DNA of 64,000 nt from the human T2T-CHM13v2.0 reference genome, Homo sapiens: NCBI RefSeq assembly GCF_009914755.1, contig NC_060932.1; one strand, 5' to 3'. This document shows, piece by piece, positions 20,234 through 35,735 of the stretch. The translations under genes were made by a program, and so were the position numbers. Numbering within the stretch: the first letter of the stretch is position 1; each line of letters opens with the position of its first letter. The notes under the pieces were generated by a model. That model did not search any database. It was not told the origin of the DNA and was given only the letters and a program-made list of their open reading frames with translations.

Positions 20234-21519
20234 GTGAGTAGTGCTTCATACGTTTATTGAATAGTAGTTTATGCTCTGTTCTAGAATAAACTAGTAAAAA
20301 TAAGTCTATTTTTAAACAGAGCCGATTTCTTCAAGTTGTGTACAAGTTGTGTTTTGAAAAGTCCTTTTGAAAATTAAATCCCTCTACTGACTTATGTTTT
20401 GTGTACCTTTGTGGCCCTGTTTAGTAGATTCGTTTGAATAGGGTTCATTTTATATAATGAAGTATGGTTACACATGATTTCTAAATACCTTGTACCTAGA
20501 AAATATTTTGCTTTCCTGAATCAAGTATGATAGTTCTTCTAGAAATGCGAATTCTGAATATTTTTCTACTTCACTGAACATGTAATATTTATTGCCTGGA
20601 CTAAAACTGAAGAAATTTACAAGTTTTTATAAGTAGTTGTAATATTCACTTGGTACAGTTTTTCTGAAATAAATAAATTATCAGAATATTTTGTTGCTGT
20701 AGACTGTATTTTAAGGCTATCACAAAGTCACTAAAAAGTGACTTTGTTTTCTAAGCATAGCACTTATATGTTCTTTATAAGATACTTGTTAAAAGAAACC
20801 ACTTGGGAGGAGTACAGTGACACTAAAGATTGCCTTAGGTGCCTTAGTTACCTGTCTCTGGTTTAGAGATATGCAAATTACTAGGGAGTGTGAGAAGAAA
20901 GCTACCTGTACAGACAGGAACCTGCCTTCCCATACAGATTTGTTAGGTTGTTAAGTCTCCTGAAGGAAACTAGACACATGCATTGTTTTTGTAGTTTTTC
21001 TCCAGAAAAACAGAATAGTAAAGGCTTTTTTCCCTCAGATTGTTGCTAAGAGAGGAAATCCCTACAAATTTAATATATATACTATTTTTAAAATTGATTA
21101 GATTTGATTTTGCAGCTTTGAAAGTTTTCTATTGTTGTTCAGTTGAATAGTTGTCTGACTGCCTCATTGTGGACTCATGTCTGGAATAGGAAAGCTTATA
21201 AATACTAAGTAGATGTTATTTAAAAGGATAGTACAGATTATATTATTGTTATCTTTCAGTGGTTTTTTTCAAACTGATGCTAGATGTCCTTTTGAACTGA
21301 ACAAATGATGCACTGAGACTTTCATTAATCAGAACCATTTTGATGGTTCAATCTGATTCAATATGAAGTATATAGTGAGAACACTGTGAAGCAATAATTA
21401 CATCATTCATTCACTTTTTTGCTGATGATAATATGTTTTGTAGTGTTCATGTTTTAATAGTGTTCCTAAATTTTTTAAATCTAATTTCCTTTGTATGTGG
21501 TAACTACATACATTTTAAG

Positions 21520-21656
21520 GTTTTTGTTTTTTCTTTTAGAGATGGGGTCTTACTATGTTGCCCAGGCTGGTCTCAAACTCCTAGGCTCAAGTGATCCGTC
21601 CTGCCTCAGCATCCCAAAGTGCTAGGATTACAGGCGCGAGCTACTGCACCTGGCTG
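21520..21656 (-). mobile_element. Free left Alu monomer (FLAM-like)
   Basis: Single reverse monomer; TSD cattttaag at 21511 and 21659. Confidence 0.85.
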
Positions 21657-22697
21657 ACCATTTTAAGTTTGAATGCTAACAGTGACCTTATAAATTCATA
21701 TCACCTAGACTCAAGAGAGATGCATCCCTGCTATTAAATGCCTGTAATTATAAGATGGTAGCAACTAGCTTTGTTCTGCACGTCTTTTTAAAACCAAATT
21801 TTTTTTACTTTCAAAAAAATTACTTTTTAATTTACCTAGCTTCTTTCCCAAGTAGTTTTGTGCCTGGATATTATCAAGAAGGCTTTTTGTTCTTACCTCT
21901 TTTATATGATTGCTAATACTACCAATCTCTTCATTATATAATTTTCCACTTATAACTAACCTTTCTCATAGCCTTTACTAATGAAGTTTTTTTTTTGCTA
22001 TAAATCATACTTCAGTAAATTTAAGGATACAAAAGAAGAGAGCCATCAAGCAGTCACAATACCAGCATTAACCTAAGTCTATAGAAGAAAGGAAAGAGAA
22101 ATGAAAAGGCAAAAATAATGTCAACCTGGCTCAGACTTTTAATCCCTATATGTAATTTCTTAGTGTATACTATTGTGTTTTTCCTACTGCCCCTTTCCTA
22201 TTTATCCTTATACAGTAGTATTCTCTTTTAGTTCCTGTATTTGAATGTCCAAAATCCTATAAGTTGAGAGTTGTAAGTGACCCTAAAGATCATATAGAGC
22301 TTCTTAACCTTTTTTATGACATTAACCCCTTCTCAAGATAAGAGAAGTTTTAATATTTAAATAAATAAAATGTGTAGGATTACAAAGAAAACAAATTATA
22401 TTGAAATATAGCTCAGGTAAAGAACCCCAGAACCCTTCATTATACAGATGAAGAAACTGAAACCCAGAAAAGCTGCGATTTGTCCCTTTGAGCACTCTAA
22501 TCTGATAGTCTTCTCTGTCTACATGGACCATAATGTCATCTTTAACTGGTTTTTTTTTAGGCCCTTGTCCTGATTGGATAAACAAGATAATATTTCTTAT
22601 GATTTAGAATGCAATGTGTAAATTTCAGACTTTGCTACTTATTTGCAAACTTCATTTAGATAAAAATTAAACTGGGTGATTGTTTTACCTCTGTTTA

Positions 22698-22942
<245 letters not shown>

Positions 22943-24276
22943 GTTAACTCCCTAATCTTCAGTCTCTCTAGTGGTGCCACAATGATTTTATTATAATTCA
23001 AATTTGTGCAGTCCACTTTAGGGTTAAAATCCTTCATCATTTTCCCTAAAGCTGGGGAAAAAAAGACCTGATTCTAGAGCACTCCAGGCCCTTCATGTGG
23101 GACCCTGGCTGCTTGTCCAGTCTCTCATCTTGTACCTTCCCACATTGCACACTCTGCTTCAGCCAACTGACCTATTTGGAGAATTCAAATCCATATTACT
23201 GTCCATCACCTCTGTATCTTTACACACACTCTATCCTCTGGTGAGCCGTCTGTCTACCTACCTTTCTTCACCTGCTCAATTCCTTCAGTTCTCAGTTAAA
23301 GCAATAACTGTTTTTAGCGAACCCTTCTTTCACCTTTCTCCTGAGCAAATTTAATCACCCCACTCTACACCCTTACAGTACTTATAATGTACAGTTGTTC
23401 TTATGCTATTTTACAGTGAATCTACATGTCTCTAGATTGAGAGTTTGTTGAAGGTAGGGATGGTGTTTTTTTTTCATCTGTATCCCTAATACTAAGTACA
23501 ATGCCTCTGAGCATGGTAGAGGCTACATAAAAGCTAAATAAAGAAAAAGGTAGGATTTTATGTCCCAATAAGGTAGCAAAGGGAATTTTCCCTCCAAATC
23601 TTTACATTCCACTTCTATCATCTACAGTGTCCAAGTCAAAGACATACTAATATTTTTAGGTGGTTTACATATCATTCTTTTTCATTCTGTCTGAGCCTAG
23701 CTGTAATGAAATATATCAGTTGACATCCTCTATTTTGTTTCCCACATTAGCTCTACACATATTCATTAGAATTTGCTTAAAGAATTTGATTTTTAACCAT
23801 TTCTAGTTATTTATATGAAGTAAAGGAATTCAACTTTTGATCGGACCGTTGGATTATAAGCTATATGAGTCAGTTTTTTTTTTCAAACATTGTACTTTAG
23901 TCCTTAAGTGTATATTCCAGTTGAGTACTAAATTATAGCTGCTTGTAACTTGGCTTTTACTAAAAATGTGTTTTATAGCTTCTCTAAAGATCAGATTGGG
24001 TTTTACACCTCCAACCCGATTACCTTTAGTTTCTGCTGGTTCCTATTGAATTTCCAGGATTCACTGTGAATTAGTGTTAGGATGAGGGGCTGAAAAATTG
24101 CCTGATGGCTATGGCAATGAATTGTACTCTCTTAGTCACTGAGAATTCCGTATAAGTCAAAAGATCTATCTCACTCCTTTTTTGTTCCTAGTTTTCATTT
24201 TGTAACAGCTAGCCTGTTTTATAGAATTTAAGCATTTATGGTCATTTTTAATCTGTGATTATATGAGATGGTTTAG

Positions 24277-24675
24277 AGCAGTGGTTCTTAAACTTTAGTT
24301 CATAGACCAGCAGCTTGTGAGCTTGTTGGAAATGCAAGCTCACAGACTCCTATCCCAACTTACTGAATCATGATCTCTGAAGATGGAGCGCAGCTGTGGT
24401 TTCACAAGCTGCCCAGGTGTTTCTTTTGAGTGTTAAAGTTCAAGACCCACTGGTTTAGAAGTTTGGATTGCAAATTTTTACTGTAAAAGACCAAATTATT
24501 TTGACTTTCCAGACCATACAGTCTCCGTCACAGCTATTCAACTTTGAAATTGTAGCACAGAAGCAGTCAGACAATATGCCAACAAATGAGTGTGGCTGTG
24601 TCTCAATAAAACTTTATTTACAAAAACAGGCAGTGGGCTATATTTGGCCCAGGGGCTACAGTTTGCTGAACCTTG
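24277..24675. mobile_element. Adjacent hAT-Charlie MITEs (MER5A-like then MER58A-like)
   Basis: cagtggttcttaaactt..ccactgg; gcaaatttt..ctgtaaa...aataaaactttatttacaaaaacaggc...tttgctga. Confidence 0.75.
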
Positions 24676-26440
24676 GTTTAAAGTACTTGAAAATGTTTTA
24701 AGGATAGTATAGAATGAAATAAGTGGACATTATTGTGCATTCTTATGTTAATACATTAACTGAGTTATTTGTTACTTACTTTCCACATAAATTTTTTAAA
24801 GTAAAATTTATCACAAACCAAAAGGATCTGACTGGGACATCTTGGTTCTTTAGTTTTGTTTCAGAGATTGCTTAAAATGAGGGACTTCAGTTTTTTCCTA
24901 ATTTTATTATGTGAACCTGAAATCATTTGTATTACAAAGAGTTAATTTACAATTCTGCATAGTAACGGGGCTTTGTAATGAAAAGGATGTACAGTCTAAC
25001 TCTCCCAAGTGGAAAAACAAATGGCTACTGGTTTTCCATTGTGTTCCTTTTGTTTCATATCTAGAGCATTGTGAGATTGAGGTCCCTTGAGAGACTGATT
25101 TCATCCAGAAAGAGCTGAGACTGATCTAGGGAAAATGGAAACAGGAATGTTGTATTTTTCTTTTTCAATTGCCTTCATTGAGGTCTAGGCAAAAGCCAGG
25201 TCACGTATTGTGTTTGGAGCAGCAAGTGGTCATTCCCTTTTTAAACAGTCTAAAGGGAAGTGGGCCAAAAGAAAAAAAACAACTTTCCTTTCCACCTGTT
25301 AATATGTGCTGTTAGAATGTCTCTATTCAGTTAAAAATAAATGGAGAAAAACTGGATAAACAGACTTTTAAGGAAAATATCTATTTCTGTTGTATAGTGG
25401 CTTTTAAGCATTTTTATTTTCCTGCTTTTAGAAGAGTCCAGTCCCTTCCTGCTTTCACCTTTCTTCCATATTCTCTACCCTTGTATGTCCATACACAAAT
25501 AAAGAAAATGTTTAGTGAGATTAACCTGTTTGTTTTTCAGGAAAGACTATCTGAAAATAACTGTAGCTATTCTGAAAGTAAGACATTAATCATATAAAAT
25601 GAAATAAATAGTGAGAAGTGTTCCAAGCCAGTTGCGTGTATAATGACTACTGTTGTGTTTTAAAGGTAGAAACCTTCCTTCGTGATGTTGCATTGCAGTA
25701 GCAGGGAAAGTCCCTTGACTCCTTCTTTTGAAACTGCAGAATAAGGGCAGGCCTGTATGTGAAGAGAAAGGATATTTCTCCTGGGAGGCTCTGCTGATAA
25801 GCACAAGGTTCCTAGTCCATTCCTTAGTATTCCATGGGAAGACTGTTGTGATTATTTCCTTTCCCCAAGAATGTGGCATGTAAATAATGAAGCTTTATTA
25901 CTCTAGGTTATATATTTGTCATGTGTTCATTCATATTTATTGAATATGTACCTGAATATGTAGCTTTCCCAGAATTACAGTTTTTCAAGTTCTAAGGTTT
26001 ACATTAAAAAAGTAATTTATTCTAGACACATTCCTTTGTAGTATCAATCAGTTAATATGTACATTTGTCTAATTTCCAAAGGTACTCTCTTCTGGAGAAA
26101 TGATTTAAATTTTCTAATGGTCCCTCACAAGAAATAGTTTAAAAATAACAAGTTTTCCATTATGGAAATAATGTAAATTCCTGCTTTTTGTTCTCTTGTA
26201 TTCCAGGCTCCACTTTACATTTTTTAAAGAAGCTGACTTGCCTGAGATTGATCACATTCGTGAAAATAGGTAGCAAAATTTGCACCACTTTCCTATACAG
26301 TAGTCCATTGACATTCTCAAAGAATTTACTCAAGACTTTTGTAACCACTTAAACAGTATTTGCCCAGTGAAGTCTAACTGAAAACATTTAAGGGCCCCTT
26401 TAGACTTTAGTGAGCCTGTTGTTTTGCTAAGGTTCATCAC

Positions 26441-26789
<349 letters not shown>

Positions 26790-29014
26790 TCACTCAGTTT
26801 TAATCACCATCACTGTAAATCGACTTTGTTTTTGGTGCCAATTTAGAGCAAGAAATATAGCTTTTCTCACTGCATGGGAGTTACTGTGTATGTCACCATG
26901 AGTAGAAAGCACAAATCCTGAGCTTAGGATCAGAGGCTTTGGAGTCACTTGGTCTTGTTCACTGGTGATGTGGCTTGCTTCCATGTACCAGTGGGATTCT
27001 GATTCATGCTTCAGAAAAGTGACAAACGTTTATGTATCCCATATTTTCAGTACTCAGGGAAGCAAGGCACTGCCAAGATACTGCCACAGGACCACTCTGC
27101 TTAGGTTATGCTTTATATATTTTTAAGAAACCAAATAGTTCCTTCTTTTGACCCCTCTCAATTAAAATTCTAGCCCAGACTTTCCCTTCAGGATCTTACA
27201 GTGCCACCAACCCCAGGCCCATATTATGGTTCCTTTCATTATCATATTATTATAGCATCAGGAGCTAGCTGGTCCTTTCCCTGTATATTTCACTGAGACT
27301 AGCTGGTGTTTATTCATTCAACAAATATTTGAATGCCTAAATAAATAAATATTTGAAGCACTGTTCAGATACTTGACATACAGTAATGCACAAACAGACC
27401 TATATGCCCTCACAGAATTTATATTCTAGTGGAGGGAATGTAAAACAACCTATCTGTTTTTGTCATTGTACTTTCAGTTCTACTTTTTGACAAAGGCTTA
27501 TTTTCTTAGATTACTTTTTTGCCCTTGTTTACTCATTTCCAAAAAATACTTTTAGACTTATTTTAATATTATTTTGCCCTGGTCATTCTTTCATTGATTT
27601 TATATAGCTCTTAATTCTTTTAACTCTGAAGAAGGAGCCTCCTTTCCTTGTGTTCTAAGGTGTGTTTTTTTTTTTTCATGTCCTTTCCATCTTAGGGTAC
27701 CCAGACTGGTTAAGCAGAAAAGGAATTGATTATAAGAGTAGCAGGTAGCTCATAGAATCGCCAGGTGGGCTAGAATTCAAGCTCAGGCTGTAAGGAAACA
27801 TGCTACAGCTAAGATGCTGGCACAGGTATGGTCTACTTGGGAACTTATAAGCAAGGGATTTCAGTGAGGACAACTCTTGGATGGAAATTATCCAGGATAC
27901 TTCTTAACCTGACACTAGATAGTTGGTTGATCCTGCTGGAACATGATACCATATTGAGGGCTTAAGGTTGGTTACTGCTCTGCTTCTGGCAAATGAACTA
28001 CTCAGCAGTAGCCAGATCACCCCAAGAAGGAAAAGTCTATGCTATTGGATCTGGGCACTCTTCTGCCACCATGGCCGTTTTGTTCCTGAGCCTGTTAAGC
28101 CTATACTGGTGCAACTAGAGAAAAGGCTGATTGACATCCACAGAGTAGATTATTTAGTCTACACATTTAAGAGCCTCCTCTGTCTTGGGGCCTTTGGGTT
28201 TTCATTCACATGCAAAAAAAATTTTTTTTGAGATTATAGGCCCATTTTGGAGAAGTCCAGTCACACACTGCTTTTCCGGACTCCTAATACCAGTTCTGTA
28301 GAACTCTTCCAAGCTCTTGTTGCTTGCAAGTCCCTATCTTGTTGTACCATTAGCTATAGCCCATGAATCAATATAACTTCTTACCTGAGACCATCTTTCT
28401 ACTGATAACATAGACAGTGATTGAAGTTCTGCCTGCTAGGGCCACCTCTGAATGGAGTTATAATCCTATAGTAGCTCACTTACAATAGCTGGGGCCAGCT
28501 ATTGTAAGCCAGGCTGTAATTGTTTCTTCATGAGTCATTTGGTGAGAGGGAACTCTGCTTGAAGACGTAGGTGTGTTTTAAGGAAAGAATTATAATATGG
28601 CAGAAGCAGGCATTCTGAGAATGCAAGCAATATGCTACTTTCCCATATCTTTGAGATCTATCCAGCCACTTGAAGATGGAATGCAGTTGGTCCCTGACAT
28701 CATGAGTAGGTGAGTTCAGTAACACTCAATTCATGAGAGGTAACTTGACCTGATGATCTCTAGATGTTCTCTCCTGTTTAGTTTCTATGAGGAACTAGTA
28801 GCAAAAGCCAAGGTCCCTTTTAATTATGTAGGGTTAATCTCCTCATCTGCACTTGTATCTTACTATGGCATCTAGGGTACATGTCTATGGCCTCATCAGC
28901 TTTATGTCTTTGATAAGTTAGATTAGTGTGATGTCCTGTGAAGTCGGTGATATGTTTCACTGACTGAAATTGAGGCACAGAGCTGAAGAGCTGATGATGT
29001 TCCCCTAAAGCTGA

Positions 29015-29200
29015 AGCTCTTAAGCTTTGGTGTGCATCAGAATCATCTGAAGGACTTGTTAAAACACAGATCACTGGCTCCATCCCTGAGTTCCTGAATC
29101 AATAGGTCTGGGATGGGATGGAAAAATTCCACATCTAACAAGTTCCTAGGGGATGCTGATGCTGCTCACTCAGGGGCCACTTGTTGGGAACCACTGCTCT
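29015..29200. mobile_element. MER5A-like hAT MITE
   Basis: gcatcagaatcatctg..gacttgttaaaacacagat...ctaacaagttc...gaaccactgctcta. Confidence 0.8.
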
Positions 29201-30223
29201 AAGGCAAGTTGGCAAAGATATGCTGCTGTCCCTACTGGGTGAGAACAAATTGCTTTTGTAGAAGAAAGAACTGGCTAGCTTAGAGAGGCATACAAAGTGC
29301 CTGAGCTTTACTATTTGCTACAGGAAAGAGACCACATCTGGAGAATCACCTTAGCCAATTGAGTTGAGGTTGCTTAAGACAATCCACTGGAAAGTTGAAA
29401 TGAGCAGGTGGTAGGAACTGTTACCCCTGAATATGTTTCTAGTGGTGTTGCCAATCTCTGAAAATCCCCTTGATCTGCAGTATTGTTTTTGATTTTCTTT
29501 CATGGTAGGGAGGGAGACCTCTAATGGTTTTTGTTTGGCCCCTACCATAATAACATTTATCCAGGAAACAAATATGCCTATTGTGTTTTTGCTAAATACA
29601 GCTATTTTAGGTGTACATACATGGACTTGGAAAATTGCAGTGGGTTGGATTTAGGTCTCACTGAACCCCTGTCAGAAGCCCATTTATCATCTTACCTCCA
29701 AAAGCCCAGTCTCTCAGAAGCTAGCACACTGAATCTAGAATCTCTGAGAAATAACCCCATGTCAGTATGTCTTAGCCCCATCTAAAATTGTATTCTTTCC
29801 TCTTCAATTCGTAACCCTCAGAAACCAATATAAATTAACAGTCTTACAACTAGTTTGTAGGTCTTTTTTTCAGATTTGATTTTGACTTGATGCTCCCAAG
29901 GCGTGCTGGGGTGAAACTCTAGTTACAGGTTGAGACATTGAAGACTGGTGGGATGGGGCAGGGGGCTATTTATTTTCTTCTTACAGAAAGGGTCTACCTT
30001 GAGAGCTGCAGGTTCAGAGCACTCTGCGATATCCTGAGCCTTGTCATGTGTCCCCACTACAGAACTCTGGGTCTCAGTTTCCTAGTTACAATATCACCAG
30101 GTCTCTTATGTGAATGGGAAGCACATTAAACTGATATAATTTAGCCACCTGCAGATCAAACTGTGCTTGGTTTTCAACTCCTTGAGCCTTAAGTCCTTTT
30201 TGTCCTTTTGTGTGTGTGTTTCA

Positions 30224-30508
30224 TTTTTTTTAAAGACAGGGTCTCACTCTGTTGCCTGGGCTGGAGTGCAGTGGCACAATCATAGCTCACTGCAACCTGG
30301 AACTCCTGGGCTCAAGTGAACCTCAGGCCTCAGCCCCGGAAGCAGCTGGGACTGTAGGGCTGTGTGCATTGACAACCTGCTATTTTTTTTTAAGAGACAG
30401 GGTCTTGCTATGTTGCCCCGGCTGGTCTCGACCTCCTGGCATAAACCAGTCCTTCCACCTTGGCCTCCCAAAGTGCTGAGATTACAGGTGTGAGCCACCA
30501 TGCCCAGC
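30224..30508 (-). mobile_element. Alu (J-like)
   Basis: Diverged reverse dimeric Alu. Confidence 0.88.
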
Positions 30509-31404
30509 CTAGTGTTTTAGTTCCCACCTTGAGTCAAAAATTCAGAGATGCCAGTTTGTTATTCTCTTCCTAAACCAAGCAGTACCATTAGAAGTCCTCA
30601 CCCTACCCTACAATCTGATAACTCATGCTCGTTATATTATTTTCTGGTTCTCTGGCAGCAGGCACTCATTTGATCTCCCACAGCCTCGTGTTCATGGGGC
30701 ATATCATTCTATTATGTACAGAGAAGCTAAGCTAAAACCAAGATAAGTGGTTACAAGGATAATTTAATTCACTTTGCCATGGGTTGCCAGATTTCCATCT
30801 TTAAATACTAACAGGATGCTCACTGCCTTTGGCCTTAGACCAGAAACCCAGTTCTAGAGTTCCTCCTGTTTTGCTGAGATCACTTGCAAACCATTCTTTA
30901 TGTTTTTTTTCTGTACTAGTTGGTCTTCTTGATTACAAACAACAGAAACCAATTCTGACTAAGCAGAAAATTGATGGATTTTGGACAGCTTGTAAGATCA
31001 ATGGGAAGGCAGGAGAACCGGGTTCAAAATGTAAGGAGGAGCAAAGGGAACTGGGGCATAGCTAAGGTCATACCATAGGATTAGTTTGTCACCAGTGCCA
31101 ATACCATTGGATACTTCCTGAGCCATTGTCACTGGATGCTTATTTGGCCACTGCAAGGATTACTGATCGCATTGCAGCTTCCTCAAATAATCTGACTATA
31201 TCTGTTCTTTTGCATAACCCTCTCCCCAGGAATCACAATACCCAGAGTATACAGATGGCCAAGCTTAGATTAGGTGCCTATGTTTTCATTGCCAGGCTGT
31301 ATCCCTGCATCCCTCTTAGCTTCCATAGTGTCTTACCTACTTTTGGATTCCCCCAAATAGTAAATATTCACTCTAGAGCACAGTGTAAAACAGTGTTACT
31401 CTCT

Positions 31405-31648
31405 GGGAACAGTGGTTCATACCTGTAATCCCAGCATTTTGGGAGGCTGAGGCAGGAGAATCACTTGAGCTCAGGAGTTCAAGATCCGTCTGGGCAACAC
31501 AGACTCTATCTCTACTTGGGAGGCTGAGGCCTGAGGCTCACTTGAGCCCAGGAATTGGAGGCTGCAGTGAACTATGATTGTGCCACTGCACTCCAGCCTG
31601 GGCCACAGAGTGAGAACCTGTCTCTTAAAAAAAAAAAAAAAAAAAAAG
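31405..31648 (+). mobile_element. Alu (J-like), internally deleted
   Basis: Left arm joined to right arm without the linker; A tail. Confidence 0.85.
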
Positions 31649-33701
31649 TGTTAACTTACCAAGGAGAAAATTTCACCATAGCACCTACAGTTGTTTTGAA
31701 ATTGATCTCCAGTTCTTCTACTCAATTCTTTGTTACCCTCTTCATAAACTTTTGAGCCATAGAAGTTAGGTATCATAAATCTCCTTAGTGATCATCGAGT
31801 TCATCACTGTCACTTTACTGATGGATACTCTGAGACTCAGAAACAGAAAACTACCTGCCAAAGGTAGCACAGGTAGTTAAACTAAATAGTTAGAATTAAA
31901 GTATTAGAATTAAATAAGAATTAGAACTTAGTTAGAAATAAAATGCTAGCATTATTTCCAGTGAAGGATTATAGAAAATACTCTATGTATTTTGATTCTC
32001 ATTTTTCATTTATCTTACTGTTGGCTCAGGCTGTTTTTCACGATAGAGATGTGAATTGCCTTCTCACTTGCCCTCTTCTTTCTCATCTCTGCCAGTACTA
32101 ATAGTAACTGCTATTTCCAGGGATTTCTGCCAGGGACTGACCATTTCCTTAAAGGAGCCTACCTTTTATTTCTTGATTTTTGAAACTGTAATTAATAACG
32201 CTGTTTTAGTTATTGAATGGTAGAATCTCAGAACCAATATTAATAGTTATTAGATGAGTTTTTTGAGAATGAAATTTGAAAGGAGGAGTTTATAAGTGAG
32301 ATCATGAAAGCACTGGGTTACTAAGAGAGTTGAAGAAGGTGGTGTCACTAAAGGTGAGTAAAAGGAACAGACTGATGCAACCAGGTTTGATATTTGCTCA
32401 ATTCATAGATTTGCACTTTAATTCATGAGTTTAATTCACAGGTTTGGCACTTAACGTGCTAAATCCTAGTTTAATGATGTGATGAAATTCATAGCATAAA
32501 ATTAAGGACATAAGAAATATCTCAATGAGTCATGTTAGATTTGGTTTCTGAGAATGGTACCCAGGACATTTTGAGGAAGAACATAAAACATTTCAATCAC
32601 AATTTTTACTTCAAAAGACTGTGAAAATATGTTCATCCCAGTTATGTTTCAACTGATTGGTATAATGAGTTCAATACTAGGCTGACTACCCATTATTTAA
32701 AGTGCTGTGATTTGTTCTGAAAGTACTCCATATGATGGAATACTTGCTCTTGCTTCAGGAGATAACGCATCATCTGGAATGTGATCAACATAGCTTGAGG
32801 TTTTATAGTCTTTGATATGTATCCTGTGAACATTTATTTTTTTTAACTGAAGAGTTTCTTTCATGTGGAAGAGTCCCAATCCTCTTGATATATTTTCTTC
32901 CCTTCATCCTCATTGGCATTTTTGCCTGTCGCTGTGCTTTGGGAAAGGGTAATTTTCAGGGAGAAATGGGTAGCAGCACAGAGTGAAGGTTAAAGAGGAC
33001 ATACTCTGGAGTCCTAGGAACATAGGTTCATATCCTAGTTCTGCTTCTTACTACTATTGTGACTATACAAGTTACTTAACCTCTCAGAGCCTCAGTTGCC
33101 TCAGCTGCAAGGTGGAGAGAAGAACAGGTTGTGATAAAGGAAAATGGTATATGAAAAAGCACAGTGCCTGGTTTATGGTAAGTACCAAATAAGCCAAAGC
33201 TCTGATTTATTATCAGTAGCCATAGAATTGGTAAAAGTAGCATTCGATCAGGAATAAAGATACCTAACTTCTAATTCAGAGTACATTTTGGAATGTGAGT
33301 AACAATTTTAATAAGAAATTGGCTTCAGTTTTCTCACTTGATCCAAGGGCTTAGATTAGGTCAGTGGTTTTCCAATTGTGATCTCTGGAGGTGCTCTGAG
33401 GTCACTGGTAGCAAAGGGGAATGGTGAGAAGTATCTCAGCAGGGAGAGCTTCCTTTTCAGCCCAAGAAACTATGCCTTTATTTATTTAGTATATCGGCCT
33501 CCTTTTATCTTCTTATTTAAAGAAAATGTTTCTTGGCAAAGTGTGCATGTGTGCACACACAGACACACATACACTTCGAAAATAATTAACTTAAAGGTTT
33601 TCTCTCAAGTCCCTTCCAAGTCTAAAATTCTTTAAGTCTATTCATCTGCAACTGAACTTGGAAGTTGGTAGCCCACACTGGATCTGACCTGAGACTTGAT
33701 T

Positions 33702-33705
<4 letters not shown>

Positions 33706-33748
<43 letters not shown>
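33706..33748 (+). repeat. (TG)n microsatellite
   Basis: Direct reading. Confidence 0.95.
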
Positions 33749-33749
<1 letters not shown>

Positions 33750-35304
33750 AGGGAAGGGGGGGGCCCTGTTTCAAATGTATAGATTAAAGTGCCAAAATCT
33801 AAAATTTGGGAAATTACACATAACAATCTAGGTTCTGTTTTCTTAGGAAAAATGGATATACCTGACAATTCTATGCCCCCATTTCCAAATAATAGTCTGC
33901 TGGAGTTGAGTAGCAGCAGCTTCCCAAATACTCCCTATCGTCTTACAGGCATTTTCATTTACCTGCCTGGCCTCTGAAGGTATCTGAGTTTTCAGCATTC
34001 AGTTTATCCTCTACACAGTGCAGGAACATCAACATTATTGGATTAGCCAACTTTGGCACTGTAAAAGAATTAAATTAGGGAAGTGACTTGTGTTTTCCAT
34101 GTAAGAAAATTGTTTTTGTATAGCAAAAGTACATGTATTGCATTCATTTTGCCTGCCCTTGAACTATATAATTACTTCTTAAGTGCTGACCACCAGTTAA
34201 TCATGGCTTCTGAGTTAGAAGAATTAAATAAACATAGTGTGTTTTAATTCTTTCCACCAAAGGATCTGATTACCAGATAGTCAAAAAATTTAGGAACTAG
34301 GCTTTTTTGGGACAGTAAACAAAGAGTTTACCACAGTTTACTAGTTGCCCGCAGCTCCCCTTCTCCTACCTCAGGCTCAGAGGAGGATTTGCACACTGTC
34401 TGGGCACTCTCTCCCCTTCACGATGGAGGAAACTGAGAAAAGTACTGTGCTGTTTGCACTCCAAGTTCCTGTGAGGTGACAAAGGATCCAATCTCAGAGC
34501 ATCATTCAAATAAAAGCAATAACATATGTCAACCATGGCAACCCTGTCTCTGCTCAGTCACTTGCCCCATCAGGACAGGGGAACTTCCCACTGGTCCAAC
34601 ATCCTTCATAGCTATTGTCCTCTAATTGTTGGGTGTGGGTTCTGTATATGCCCTTTAAGTCAGACTTGTTAATTGTAGTCTGTAATCAAGGCTTATATTT
34701 ACCTATTAATTTTTGTCTGCTTGACCGTTCATTTACTAAAGAAGATATATTGAAATTTCTCATGACCATGGAAGTGTCCATTTCTCCTTATAGTTTTATT
34801 GCTTTTTGTTTATATGTTTTAAGGCTATTTTTAAGGTGTATACAGTGCTCAGCAATGCATTTCAAAGTATATGTGTTGCACTTTATCCAGAACCTGAATG
34901 TTTTGTGGCAGGAGATATTTAGTTGGCCATACTGATGAAAGAAGTTGTCATTCCTTCTTTTTATCTTTCAAAAATTTCCCAAAGCTTATAGGGAGCCCTT
35001 TCTTTATTTTTTTAATGCAGTTATGGATTTGTTTTTTACCTTTAAACCTTTTCTTTCATTTCAATGGCATTTCGAGTGGAAGGAGATGCTAATATATAGA
35101 GTCAGTGTATTTCCCTTGAATCAGAATTTTCATCTTCTCTCACTCTACTTATTCTCCTTAGGTAATTTCAGCCAGTTATTTCAATTACCACTTTTATACT
35201 GATGACTTGTAAATCCATATCCTTAATTTAAAGTCTCACTTCTACGTAGCTTTATTTAACTGCCTGCTAGTAGATATTTCACACTCAAATGTGCACTTCA
35301 GACT

Positions 35305-35735
35305 GTCCATCAACTGGTAAATGGTTAAGAAAATTATGGTACAGCCATACAGTGGAATATTACTCAGCAATTAAAAGGAATGAACTACTGATGCATCAGA
35401 CAACATGACTGAATCACAAAACAATGATGCTAAGTGAAAGAAGCCAGACAAAAAAGAAAACACACTATATGATTCCACTTACGTAAAATTATAGAAAATA
35501 CCACTCCGCAGTGACAGAAGGCAGATCAGTTGTTGTCAGGCGTGAGAGTTACTGAGGGGGTGAGGAGGATGGAAGAGCAGGAGGGATGACAAGGGAGCCA
35601 GAGGAAACTTCTGGTGGTGAGGGATACATTTATTACCTTGATTGTGATAATCATTTCAAAACTTATCAAATTGTACACTTTATACATGTTCAGTTTATCA
35701 TACATCAGCTATACCTGAATAAAGCTGGAAAAGAA
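35305..35735 (+). mobile_element. Old L1ME/MD 3'UTR fragment
   Basis: tggaatattactcagcaattaaaaggaatgaactactgat...gctaagtgaaagaagccagaca. Confidence 0.8.
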
